Part shown: piece by piece, positions 10,691 through 22,432 of the stretch
Position numbering within the stretch: the stretch's first letter is position 1
Layout: each line of letters begins with the position of its first letter
NCBI RefSeq assembly: GCF_006345805.1
Contig: NC_042997.1
Coordinates: 175,212,001 to 175,276,000 of the forward strand
Origin: Octopus sinensis
Lineage: Eukaryota
DNA: 64,000 bases
Reading direction: 5' to 3'
Made by a program: the position numbers and the translations under genes
The notes under the pieces: generated by a model
What the model was told of the DNA's origin: nothing
The model's input: the letters and a program-made list of their open reading frames with translations, nothing else
Database searches by the model: none

Positions 10691-10931
10691 GGCGCGTGGC
10701 TTAGTGGTTAGGGTGTCAGCATCATGATCGTAAGATTGTGGTTTCGATTACTGGACCGTGCGACGCGTTGTGTCCTTGAGCAAAACACTTCATTCCACGT
10801 TGCTCCAGTCCACTCAGCTGGCAAAATGAGTAACGCTGCGATGGACTGGCGTCCTGTCCAGCTGGGGAACACATACGCCATTGAAACCGGGAAACTGGGT
10901 CCGTGAGCCTGAATAGGCTTTAAAAGGGTGC
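10691..10931 (+). mobile_element. SINE family C
   Basis: tRNA-like head and GTGTCCTTGAGCAAAACACTT block, (ATT)n tail. Confidence 0.8.
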
Positions 10932-10933
10932 AT

Positions 10934-10964
<31 letters not shown>

Positions 10965-11125
10965 TGTTATTATATATATATACTAGGCTTACAAAGAATA
11001 AGTCCTGGGGTCGATTTGCTTGACTAAAGGCGATCCTCCAGCATGGCCACAGTCAAATGACTGAAATAAGTAAAAGAGTATAAACTAGGATCAATAAAGC
11101 ATTAGCAGCTATTGGTACATGGTAT

Positions 11126-11952
11126 TTAACTCTTTAGCATTCAGATTACTCTGTCAAATATAATGCTTGTGTAGTGATCCTATACAACGGCGCGCGCTCG
11201 CGCACCGTCCATTTTCTATTTCGCGCGTGTTGGTGCCTTTACCAAGGCAGAGAGAGGAAGGGCCCTCTCGCGCAAGCGCGAAGCACCGGAAGAAGAACCC
11301 TTTTGCCTACGTAGCAGTTAGCCGAGGCAAGGGGATCGTAAGACGTTGACCACCAGCGTCCAGCAAGCAGCGACTTGAGACAGCAGCGACTGAGGGCAAC
11401 GGTCACGTATATTTTCTCTCCGTTCGAACTAGATTCTAGCAGCACCTTACCAAAAGGCCTTTAACCAAATGTTGCAGACCAACATCGTCTCCATTGTTCG
11501 CCGCCATCTTTGACCAGTGTCGTTTTGCATTTGAACACTTTCTTATTTTACAGAGATAAGGTTCAGCACGACACATTTATACCAAAGGATACCAGATAAC
11601 CACTTATTGTTACTGTTACCACATTAGAGAATAAAGTAGTATATATATTATTTACCGTCTGCGTCTTGTTGTTTCTGACTGGTAGAATTCTGGATTATTA
11701 AAGCAACGAATAGTGATTGCTTTCTTGTACCCCGAAAGTACAAGAGAAGATATTCACTCACACTAAGTTCGTTACACTTGTTTATAACTTAATCATGCAT
11801 TACCTTGTAGCTTTGAGATTTCAATGATGTGACTCTTTATTTTTAAACTGACATTGTAGGACGAGTGTGAGAGATCTGATCTGGTCAATTTGAACATAAA
11901 ACAAGTTTAATATTCGGGTCGGAAATGGTCGGTTTAAATGTTAAACGTTTAA
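11126..11952. mobile_element. piggyBac-like MITE interrupted by a solo LTR
   Basis: TTAA ends; arms 11126-11169 and 11777-11952 match the other MITE copies. Confidence 0.7.
11170..11776 (+). mobile_element. Solo LTR (607 bp), Ty3/gypsy-like
   Basis: TGTAGTGA...TCGTTACA termini, perfect 4-bp TSD CTTG (11166-11169, 11777-11780), CpG-rich 5' half, AATAAA at 11630. Confidence 0.85.
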
Positions 11953-12811
11953 GGACCGAAATCCATTGCTAAAAAGAGCAGCCGTTACATTTTGACACTA
12001 CTCGATGAATGTATGCATGCCGCGTTCCCCTTGCTTCAAGGAAAGCAACTTCTCTAAATATCATTCAATACCTCTCCCCATTATTCATCTTCTTCAGTGC
12101 TGTAAGCTCTATTCATAGACAGCGAGACACGACTGGAGAATTTTTAAGCAGATGGAATGCCTTAAAAGATTCCTTACATACATGATAAATGATATTCAAG
12201 GTGAATCATTTATAAAAATAAAATAAAGTAAGACGAGAAAACAATGGGACGAACATCCCACTTGCTTTAATAACTATCAAAGGTTTGCCTCCTAGAGTTC
12301 TAAGCGTAATGTTTAACATTGCACGTTATTCTACTTTGAAATTCCAGATGACTTTATCCTCAACACTCCAACGCTGACAAAATCATTTCCCGGGTTGAGT
12401 TTCCTTGGAAATTCAGTAAACCAGTAAACCTTTAAAAAATGCCCCTCCACCACTCCACCAAATATTAATTTCTTGAAAAGGTGCCAATAATTCAAATACT
12501 CTTTAACCACCATTTTCAAACACTCTCAACCAGATTCGGTTTACAACAGGGAAGCGTATACAATCTCAATATGCCATTATCTCGAGTCCCTGAAACCGAG
12601 TCTCAAGCTACGACTCACTCTCATGAGCGTATACTATTAGCCATACATTAACCCCTTGCTTGTCCAAAGAATTTTCATAAGTTTGTCCTAAATGTCGATG
12701 CTTATTTTTCAGATTTTTAGTTAGCCCTTGTTTCATACGTTCCAAGTCATGTAAAGCTTCCCTTTTATGTACCTCAAGTTACTCAAGTGTTTGAAAGAAA
12801 TCGTGAATGTA

Positions 12812-13192
12812 GGTGTAGGAGTGGCTGTGAGGAAAGTAGTTTACTTACCAACCACATGGTTCCGGGTTCAGTCCCACTGCGTGGCACCTTGGGCAAAAGT
12901 CTTCTACTATAGCCTCGGGTCTACCAAAGCCTTGTGAGTGGATTTGGTAAATGGAAACTGAAAGAAGACCATCGTATATATGTATATGTTTGTGTGTCTG
13001 TGATTGTCTCCCCAACATTGCTTGACAACCGATGCTGGTGTGTTTACGTCCCCGTAACTTAGCAGTTTGGCAAAAGAGACCGATAGAATAAGTACAAGGC
13101 TAACAAAAAATAAGTCCTGGGGTCGATTTGCTCGACTAAAGGTGATGCTCCAGCATGGCCACAGTCAAATGACTGAAACAAGTAAAAGAGTA
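12812..13192 (+). mobile_element. SINE family B
   Basis: Full-length match to 3280-3658. Confidence 0.85.
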
Positions 13193-13859
13193 ATGTATAT
13201 CACGTATGATACATTGGCGCCAGGCAAATATCTCCTGTGTATCACATGAAATACATAGAAGAGGCAAAGGGTTATTGATAATAACTAAATTATGGAAGCA
13301 GATGATGATGTATCAATCCTTTGTTCTGACAATGGCAACAAACAACTGTGAAAGACAAAAAGAAATGTCAATCTTTTTGAATGGTTTGCTTGCTTTTATT
13401 ATACAAATTGCTTTTACTTTTTATTTGTGAATTACTATTTTTCGCTTTTATATTCCTTTTCCTTTTTTAACATTTCTCCTGAATACGCTCTGTCTGTTGA
13501 GCAGTGAATGCAGTATTGAATATACATTAATTGTTTTGTACTGTTATGTTAATTGCTAACAACAGAAGCGAGATCTCAAGAGTTCTGTGCATATACGTGT
13601 TCCACATTATATAGAAAGGGGAAGAAACAATTTCATTAATCGGCTCTTTTTGAAGTGTTATATATATATGTATCAACAGTTGAAAAATTTCTGAAGTGTG
13701 AAATTGATCTATGATTGAAATTTAAAATTACAGAAATATATAAATATTTTGAATTCTGTATTTCAGAATCTAGATATTTATAACCATCACTTTGACCAAA
13801 ATACGTAACACCTATAAAATAAAATCTTTTGTTGTACTTATTGGAACTGAATTGGCGGC

Positions 13860-13916
13860 GGCAACAACAACAACAACAACAGCAGCAGCAGCAGCAGCAG
13901 CAACAACAACAACAAC
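13860..13916. repeat. (CAA)n(CAG)n(CAA)n microsatellite
   Basis: Directly visible; lies just inside the putative minus-strand intron. Confidence 0.9.
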
Positions 13917-13922
13917 ACCTAC

Positions 13923-14208
13923 CTTTGTGTAATGTATGACGAAATGCAAATGGATAGGATGTATGTAGTGGATTTTGCATGCATGAAGTGGATTCGATCC
14001 GCCATAGCCAAATTTAAATTAACACTGCAACAGAACTTTTCCCACGATGGAACAATGGTTTTTCTCTGACAGCAGTTTTACATTTTCCAGATGCCTTCAG
14101 CTAGGCTGAAGTAATGTCTTCACCACTTGACCCTTTCTAGCCTCTTCTACTTCACCAAAAGCTAGAATAGAGATAACAAGACCACCAACTAAATCTATTG
14201 TTCTCAAT
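13923..14208 (-). other. Candidate first exon of a minus-strand transcript
   Basis: Runs from Inr A at 14208 to strong donor AAAG|GTAGGT at 13923/13922; repeat-free; ATG at 14005 (gctATGG) is open to the donor (MADRIHFMHAKSTTYILSICISSYITQ). Confidence 0.5.
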
Positions 14209-14295
14209 GATGTATCTATCCTTCTGGATCTTTATATAAGCAAGCACACCCCAAGCAAAAATCAGTAAGTCACCTTGGTGACAACTCATGAGTTG
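14205..14295 (-). promoter_or_regulatory. TATA/Inr core promoter with two upstream palindromes
   Basis: Minus-strand TATATAAA (14238-14231) 30 nt upstream of the A in TCATTG (14208); GTCACCTTGGTGAC (14269-14282) and CAACTCATGAGTTG (14282-14295). Confidence 0.55.
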
Positions 14296-14973
14296 AGAGA
14301 GAGCTAACATCAGTTAGTGAACCGACCACTAGAATCATGGAAGCAGGCAGACAAAACGGCCAGACGGAAAAAGAAAGACAACGTCCCACACTCTCTCACT
14401 CTCACTAGCTCTAATTCTGTTCTCTTACAACATCATTCTATCTCTCTCTCTGTAATTACTACTACTAAACAATGAAAAGGACACAAACACAAACTTTACT
14501 TCGCATGCTTTTGGATTTATCATAACCTGCTCGTCGAAGCAAGGTATTTGTAATGTAACGGTAAATAAATACTTTCTTAACACATAAATGGCGTTTTCTC
14601 TTATAAGGAACACAAAGGTAATTTCTCTTATAAGGAACACTCCGATTTTGAATAAGGACCAACGGTGTGTGCGTGTGTGTGTGTGTTGTGTGTGTGTGTG
14701 TGTGTGGATAAAACCCAATAATGACGAATATAATCATTGTTTGTCAATGAACTGCTAACTAAAGGCAATTATTTTAGCCCAGTTGATGATCTGCAACTTT
14801 TACCGCAGCCATCATATAAATGACTCTTCTCTGTTAAATGCAAAACACATTTAGTCTCTTGTGGAAAATAGACTTCTACGATAAACCACAAAGGCTTCGA
14901 CAGCTTCAAGTCCGAACCAGCTGATTTCGTTTATCATTGATCCCTGATTATTTTTGAATGAAAGACTCACATC

Positions 14974-15396
14974 GGATCTTTTCGGTTTGAATGGCAGTTT
15001 TTTAAAATAATTTCCACGTAACTAAACACTTTTAAACTTCGTATACTGGTAGAATGTGTTTATAAAACATCTTTTTCTCTTGGCTTTATTGGGAAAATTC
15101 TATGGTTTGTAAGATATTTGTTGTTGTTTTTTCTTCAATTTCTGCAATTTCAACCAATCAATGACGTCTATTGAGGTGAAAACATTCTGTGCCGTATGAA
15201 TATGTCCCTCGTTTAAGAAACAGATTGGGTTTATTTACATTTATGAAGAAAAAAAGATACCCTTCCCCCACCCCTAACCCTAACCCTAACCCTAAAACAG
15301 ATTGAAATGCAATAGATCGATACTAGGGTCATAATTATGGGTGGAAATTTCATATGACACCGCTAGAAAAAAATGCCGTTCAAACCGAAAAGATCC
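14974..15396. mobile_element. TIR element with internal (CCCTAA)n, Merlin-like MITE
   Basis: 23-bp TIRs GGATCTTTTCGGTTTGAA(T/C)GGCA, perfect 8-bp TSD CTCACATC (14966-14973, 15397-15404), CCCTAA repeats at about 15272-15295. Confidence 0.8.
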
Positions 15397-15538
15397 CTCA
15401 CATCAAATTGCCGAACTCTCCTTGGTTTTTTTTCCAAGTGGTGTTTCTTTACAGTGAGACTAAATATGCGTTTATTTAACATATTGTATTGCTTTCCGTA
15501 TCCCTGTTTTTAAAACGATTCTGTATTGGTCCTAGAGT

Positions 15539-16188
15539 TCGTCTGCCGCTACGTTCTGAGTTCAAATTACGCCGAGGTCGACTTTGCCTTTCATCCTTTC
15601 GGGGTCGATTAAATAAGTACCAGTTACGCACTGGGTCGATATAATCGACTTAATCCGTTTGTCTGTCCTTGTTTGTCCTCTCTGTGTTTAGCCACTTGTG
15701 GATAATAAAAAAATAGGTATTTCGTCTGTCTTTACGTTCTGAGTTCAGATTCCGCCGAGGTCGACTTAGCCTTTCATCCTTTCAGAGTCGATTAAATAAG
15801 TACCAGGTACGCACTGGATCGATGTAATCGACTTAATCCTTTTGTCTGTCCTTGTTTGTTCCCTCTATATTTAGCCCCTGTCTTTACGTGCTAAGTTCAA
15901 ATTCCGCCGAGGTCGACTTTGCTTTTCATCCTTTCGGGGTCGATAAATTAAGTACCAGTTACGCACTGGATCGATGTAATCGACTTAATCCTTTTGTCTG
16001 TCCTTGTTTGTTCCCCCTATATTTAGCCCCTGTCTTTACGTTCTAAGTTCAAATTCCGCCGAGGTCGACTTTGCTTTTCATCCTTTCGGGATCGATAAAT
16101 TAAGTACCAGTTGCGTACTGATGTCGATCTAATCGACTAGACTCCTCCCAAAAATGTCGGGCCTTGTGCCTAGAGTAGAAAAGAATAT
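15539..16188 (+). mobile_element. Tandem array of four head-truncated family-A SINE units
   Basis: Units of about 150-180 bp, each restarting near GTCT..TACGTTCTGAGTTCAAATTCCGCCGAGG. Confidence 0.85.
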
Positions 16189-16811
16189 ATTAGTGTCGTA
16201 CCAGTAAAAAATGATGAAGTTTATTGTTGTTCATTTCAGTTATTCTTAAACTTTCTGCTTCATTCTGTCCGAAACACCAAATACTCTTCTCTTTCTAACA
16301 TCCAAACTAAACTCTACCTAGCCGTAGCTATCTCAACACCTTTTGGTTTGTTCAGTCACAACCTTACCACGACTACCCACTACAATCGACGTATTATACA
16401 ACTTCCACTCTCTCTGATTTTATTATACTTCAAATCAACTGATTGTTAAGAGCTCCGCCAATTCTATGCTAGTTATCTTTGGTAGCACATATGCTTCACC
16501 CATCAGAAACAGCTCGGCAGATGACTGAAGTCATCAACCGAGCAATTAAAATAATACATATATCAGCGACAGAGGCAGTGTTAACACCGAGTAGGGATGA
16601 TCTGTTAGAACAAACTATACTGCGGTAGACACCATGAGATAAAATATCATATTGGCTTTTGGTGCAAAATGAACGCTTGTTTATAGCGCTAGCCGGGAGA
16701 GAAATCCCCTCCATCTACAGCGTCGAGACAACCAGATCACGTGATTTAGACCTTCTATAGAAGAATGGTGTCAGAACAGGCATTGGTGTCGCGATTAGCC
16801 TGTGATCTTGT

Positions 16812-16879
<68 letters not shown>

Positions 16880-17017
16880 CAACAGAGTCAGTATTGATAA
16901 CGTGGGGTAATATTTATGCCCGCTTAAACGTGGATGTTCTCACGCACACAACAAAAATTCACTGTCCCCAGTCCCTCATAGCTGAGCTGCAACCTTTCCA
17001 ACTGGGTTTTGGGTATT

Positions 17018-17049
<32 letters not shown>

Positions 17050-18374
17050 GCATCGTCAGCAATTCCTTAGAGTTGAGGATGATTCTCTACCAGATTTAAT
17101 TCCCGTGGAACTGTGAGTGAATATGTACATCAAAGTAGGATTCATAAGTTCGATCTCAGTTCGAGAGTAGTTGCTGTCTATACACATTCATGCGCTTTAT
17201 AGAAGAATAAAGACAACACTGACTTTTATCAAACAACTTTAGCTATTTGCATCAAATCATGATTTCATAAACTCGGATGACCAGAGGTTTAGTTATAAAG
17301 TATTTAAAATCCGAACTTTAATTACACTAGAATAGCAATTTACAAAAGGAAATAAGCGATAACACGACAAATGAGTCAAGAAAAGAAATCATACAAAAAC
17401 TAAGCATAAATGGAATTTTCCTATAAAAAAATTTAAGGTATTAATGGCTGAGACACAAGAACAGCCAAGCACAAAATATCTATGATGACATAGCGGCCTG
17501 ACTCCCATAAACCTCTCAAATGTCACACGTTGAAAAATGAATGCAAAAATGCTATGCTAGTATATTTTACATGGTGATGGATCATTAAAGTCATGTAATA
17601 ATAGATGACTACTCAGATATTTGAAGTACTCTACTATTTTCACTATTTGTTCATATACCCGAATCGCTAAACTGAGTTTTTGTTTGTTAGAAGTAAGGGT
17701 TATAAATAATTGATTGGAACCTTTCCAATCAATTGTTTTCCCAGCAATCAATTAATTTTAATTGGGATACAGGCCAATCAATTATGGCAATTAATTGCAA
17801 TTAATTGTCAATTATTTAGCCGAACGTAAAAACACCATATATTTTGGAGTGTTAACTTCGATTTAGATAAGAGCCAAAATGATAGGAAAATAAAAGACAC
17901 GTCTTATAGTTTCAAAAACCTTTATTATCAGAAAACGTTCAAAGTTCAGTTTTATTGATTTAGAATAGGGAACAAACAACATGTATACTCTACATTGTAC
18001 AGTAGTTGGAAAACAAATAAGTCAAAGGTCTTTAACTGAAAGAGTTTCTCAAACGAGTAGCACAATTAAAATGTTCTAATATAGCAAAAGGTCATGAACG
18101 ATTACAGATTTATGAAACTAGGTCTTCATCCCAGAAAGCGCGATTGACTTTTAGAAATAATTACATATTTAAATTCATTGGTGTTAAGTATTGCCGAAAA
18201 TCATTAAAAGCGTAACTTGCTGAGCTGAATAAACGTTCCAAGATGTTGGACGTAGGTAACAAAAATTCTACAATTCAGATATTGTTGAAGTGAAATTTTT
18301 ATCTTTTTTGTGTTTTTTCAAACAAACTGAAGCAAAATCATCATCTTCTACAGATAAATCAGACCGTTGTGACG

Positions 18375-18750
18375 TCATCATTCATCATTGTTCGACCGTG
18401 GTCGAGACAATGGAATTTACCATGCTACGCCAGACTTCACAATCCATCATGGCATTACGGAGGTCCTGTTGCTGGATGCCTGTATCCCTGGAGATTACAT
18501 CAGGGTAGGAGAGTGTGCGCCCTCTGGTATTACGAGTAGATGGCTTCCAGAGAAGAGTAGAAATTACTTCTTTTTCAGCTCTACAACAATGTCCAGCAAA
18601 CTGGACTCTCCTACCTTTCACAAGAGATGACACAGGTGGTAGTTTCCCATATATTTGCATTTTGGTTGGATGGCGCTTCCACGAGAGATTTTGAGCTCTC
18701 ATAAGGAGGCGAGTGTAGGTTCCATCCAGCCGCCTCTCAAGCTTCTTGCC
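18375..18750 (-). mobile_element. 5'-truncated RTE-clade LINE inserted in the hAT transposase
   Basis: KKLERRLDGTYTRLLMRAQNLSWKRHPT...RRVQFAGHCCR...WRSMV, a typical RTE ORF C-terminus, followed by a short TGA/GAT tail. Confidence 0.8.
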
Positions 18751-19044
18751 TGTCACCACTTTCAGCTGACGTAGAGCAGACACTTCATCTGCAGCTAGCT
18801 CTACTTCTGCCTGTTGTAAAATTTTCACAACTCCACATTCAAAATTTGGGCTGTGCACAATGGCTGCCGATCGAAGCAAAGATTTCTTAAACTCCTCGTA
18901 AGGATACAATGTGAAACTTTCGTCAAAAAGAATTCTAGCATCTCCCAGATCTATTTCTGTTCTTTGCAAGGTGGCTGTTACTGAGCGTAACTTTCCTAAA
19001 TTGTCTTTTAGAGTCTGCAGATCATTATGATCGCTTGGAGTCAA
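18385..19044 (-). pseudogene. 219-aa chimeric ORF: hAT transposase segment fused in frame to an RTE ORF C-terminus
   Basis: ORF track; about the first 98 aa are hAT-like and the rest RTE-like; the start is not ATG. Confidence 0.6.
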
Positions 19045-19271
19045 CAGATAATCAAATCACCAGCTTTAGTTCGCCTTGAAAAGAGTCTAAAAACGGCTTG
19101 AGTTAGATGTACCTCTCAATCATGTCATAAGTACTGGACCAACGAGTTTTATTTGTATAGGTTGCAAAGGCGGTTTTTGCCGAAGTTTTCCCGCAAGTTT
19201 TGATGATTTTAGCTTCCCCATCAACATATTAATTTTATCAAGCAGAAACAGTTGGATTAAATTTATGAGAC

Positions 19272-19344
19272 TTGTGAGTGAATTTAGTAGATGGAAAAAA
19301 AGCCCGTCGTATATTCATGTATATATATATATATATATATATAT

Positions 19345-19384
<40 letters not shown>

Positions 19385-19610
19385 CATCAATGTGTGTTTT
19401 GATATTCGTGTTTATTTCCCCCCCCCACTATCACTTGGCAACCAGTGTTGGTTTGTTTACGACCTGTAATTTAGCGTTTCGGCAAAAGAGAAAGATAGAA
19501 TGAGTACCAGGCTTAAAAAATTAAAGTACTGGGGTCGATTTGTCCGATTAAACCATTCCAGGCTGTGCCCCAGGATGGCCATAGTCCAAAGACTGAAGCA
19601 AGTAAGAGGC
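19272..19610 (+). mobile_element. Older family-B SINE, head missing
   Basis: TTGTGAGTGAATTTAGTAGATGGAAA...GGCAAAAGAGAAAGATAGAAT...GACTGAAGCAAGTAAGA. Confidence 0.7.
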
Positions 19611-19768
19611 AAAACATCATCATTTGCGTACTGAAGATCTATCGCCAATGGAGTCGTGTTTTTGCCCTAGCAAAATGCCTACCTGAATGGAATTGCTTGC
19701 GGTCTGCGATATGAAAACTGGACGGCAGATAGACATTTACCCATAGTGAGCCTGAGCATAGTTTAGGT

Positions 19769-20888
19769 CAGCGTTTCTCAACCGTTTTAACCTACGGACC
19801 CCTTTGATTCCTCTTTTACTCAGATGGACCCTCCTAGCTTTTCGATGTTAAAAAAATAATTCCATTATAATTTTATAATTAAATATTATTAGAAATTGTG
19901 TAAAAATGATAAAATACTTTGATGTATTGTAGAAGTACTAGGTGTAGTCAAGAAGTATCCGACCTTTGGCCAAAAAAAAAAAAACCCCAAAAGCAAAACA
20001 AGTAATATTAAAAAAACACACCATTTTGATTTAGTCTCCTTCAAAGTATCTGCCTTAGGAGTCTACATATTTCTGTCAGCGTTCCTGCCACTGCTGGAAG
20101 CATTTCAGGAAATCACTTTTTGGAATGCTGTAGAGTTGTTCCGTCGAATTTTGCTTAATGTCCTCTGTTGACTCGAATCTTTTCCCTTTGAGTGTTTTTT
20201 TTTTTGAGCTTTAGGAATAGCTAAAAGTCACACGGAGCCATGTTTGGGGAGTAGGAAGTCTGACGAACAAGTGGTGTGTTTTGCTTGACAAAAAATGCTT
20301 AGGTGACGTGGGCGGAATGAGTTCTTTGCTGCCCACAAGTCGGGGCGTTTTCGCTGCACAGTTTCACGAAAGTAGTATTCTTTGTTGTCTGGTCACAATG
20401 TGGCTCACTGTCCACTTAGGTGCGGCCGTCTTTATTTGTGTTTTTCCCATAGTATCATATCCAAAGGCCTTCCGAATCTTCTCGATAGTCTGGGCTTGCG
20501 AATCACTAAGATTTTGACAGAATTTGATACACTATTTTTGCTCAATGCGCTTGGTCATCTCAACTTAAAAAGAAAAATCGACGGCACACTCTTCACGTCT
20601 GTACTCAACGCGTCACTGCAGACGAATGGCAGACACGAAAATTTTTGCGTATATTCAGAAGAACGCGGCCACCTAATACCCATGCGGATTTTGCTTACGC
20701 ATTATAATTTTAAATAATTATAATTATAAATCAAGGTCTGATACTGTTTGACTACACCTCGTATAACCAATTTTTTCAAGATAAATATTTCAACAGTAAG
20801 ATCTTATATGGATCCCCAAGGTCTATGCGACCCACCAAGAGCCATACTGACTCCCAAGGACCATGTGGAGTCCCGTTGAGAACCACTG
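19769..20888. mobile_element. hAT (Charlie-type) MITE with nested mariner derivative
   Basis: Termini CAGCGTTTCTCAAC / GTTGAGAACCACTG; TSD GTTTAGGT / GTTTAGAT. Confidence 0.75.
19938..20761 (-). mobile_element. Internally deleted mariner
   Basis: TA flanks, about 27-bp TIRs (C[T/G]AGGTGTAGTCAA..AGTATC.GACC); minus strand encodes IPKSDFLKCFQQWQER*QKYVDS*GRYFEGD*. Confidence 0.8.
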
Positions 20889-21629
20889 GTTTAGATACAG
20901 AAAGAAAATAGCTTAGTAGTTATCACATACCCAGCATTTAGTGAGTTCTCACTTCAAACTTGCCTTTTGTGATATACGCTTCGACTTTCATGATGTCATG
21001 CAGATGACACATGGTTGCGATTATTCTTATAAGGAACAAAGTTGAATTAGTCATTTTCTCGGAGGTTCATGATTTACAGAATCACATGACTCGTTGAGGT
21101 TACAGAAATCTATCTATCTATTTATCGATCGATCGATAGATAGATACATACATACAGACAGACACATGCACGCACACGCGCACACACACGCGCAAGCGCG
21201 TATATTACTAAATTAAGAGAAGTGACTATGACCTTTGTAGGTACTCCGAGATCTATGAGCTTGAAGCAGTCAATTTTCCGTTTAAATCATAACAAGTCAG
21301 CACTTCCATGAAAGACATAGGCAGAGAACAGATCCCAGAGCACCGATGTTCTTTGGCAGGAGGGCGGGGAATAAAAGTAAGTGCGGGTTGCGTGAGGTGG
21401 AGTGCAACATAGGAAACCGGAGATGGATAGATCAGTGGGCCGAGGTTACTGAAAGGAGAACGGACGAGATCAGCCGGTTCCAAGTAGGGATATACGAGAG
21501 AGAGAGAGACAGACAGACAGACAGAGACAGAGAGAGACAGAGACAGAAATAGACAGAGAGGGTGGGTGGGGGCAACACACCTGTGCACCGGGGGTTACAT
21601 GTCAGTGATTTTATCTCAATCAGTCGAGA

Positions 21630-21810
21630 GATTCCCTTTTGGATACAGTCTGTTTAAGATATCTGTGTGTGTTGTAGCACTGTCCCAGATGTGGGACCAG
21701 TGATTCTCTTAGGGTCGAACTTGAGTCTTGTGGAGGATCAGCAGTTGTTGGGGGCTGAAATATTTTCTGAAACTAAAAAGAAGGGCCAGTCTGTGGAACA
21801 TGTCCCCGCT
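21630..21810 (-). mobile_element. Decayed CR1/Jockey-like LINE RT fragment
   Basis: Minus strand RKYFSPQQLLILHKTQVRP*ENHWSHIWDSATTHTDILNR resembles the conserved LYKAQIRP.MEYCSHIW segment. Confidence 0.6.
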
Positions 21811-21819
21811 CTACCCTCT

Positions 21820-21981
21820 GCACACACACACACACACACACACTCTCTCTCTCTCTCCATCTATCTACCTTTTCATCTGTGTGTGTGTATATATATATAT
21901 ATACATATATCTGTATATCTAAATGTGTGTGTATACACATTTATGTAAGTATATATATATATATGCATATACATATAAGTA

Positions 21982-22036
<55 letters not shown>

Positions 22037-22120
22037 TATATACATACATATATCTGTATATCTATGTGTGTGTGTATACACATTTATGTAAGTATATATA
22101 TATGCATATACATATAAGTA

Positions 22121-22179
<59 letters not shown>

Positions 22180-22278
22180 TATATATATATGTATATATAT
22201 GCATATATATATATATGTGTGTGTGCATGTATGTATATATACTTGTGTGTGTGTATATAGACAGACAGACAGACAGAC

Positions 22279-22335
<57 letters not shown>

Positions 22336-22432
22336 TACGTATAGATACATATACACACACTTCGTTCCCTCTCTCTCTCTCTCTCTATCTATCTATCTGT
22401 ATGTGTGTGTGTGTGTATGTGTGTGTGTGTGT
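21820..22432. repeat. Compound microsatellite block (CA, CT, TA, GACA, GATA) with a local tandem duplication
   Basis: Directly visible; about 21900-22030 is repeated at about 22040-22170. Confidence 0.9.

Larger units (their letters stand above)
17770..19260 (-). mobile_element. Decayed hAT transposon (transposase remnant)
   Basis: Minus strand gives KTRWSSTYDMIERY (about 19110-19150), AAIVHSPNFECGVVKI and FLLPTSNILERLFSSAS...LFLKVNRAFWDE (about 18120-18265; hAT dimerisation motif). Boundaries approximate. Confidence 0.75.

Noticed and set aside
10691-10765. tRNA gene (also other SINE heads such as 3893 and 39675)
   Set aside because: A/B-box-like motifs are present but I cannot fold a full cloverleaf, and the sequence continues into a SINE body.
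13636-13980. Poly-Cys ORF, or poly-Gln on the plus strand
   Set aside because: Microsatellite lying just beyond a strong splice donor; no protein-like context.
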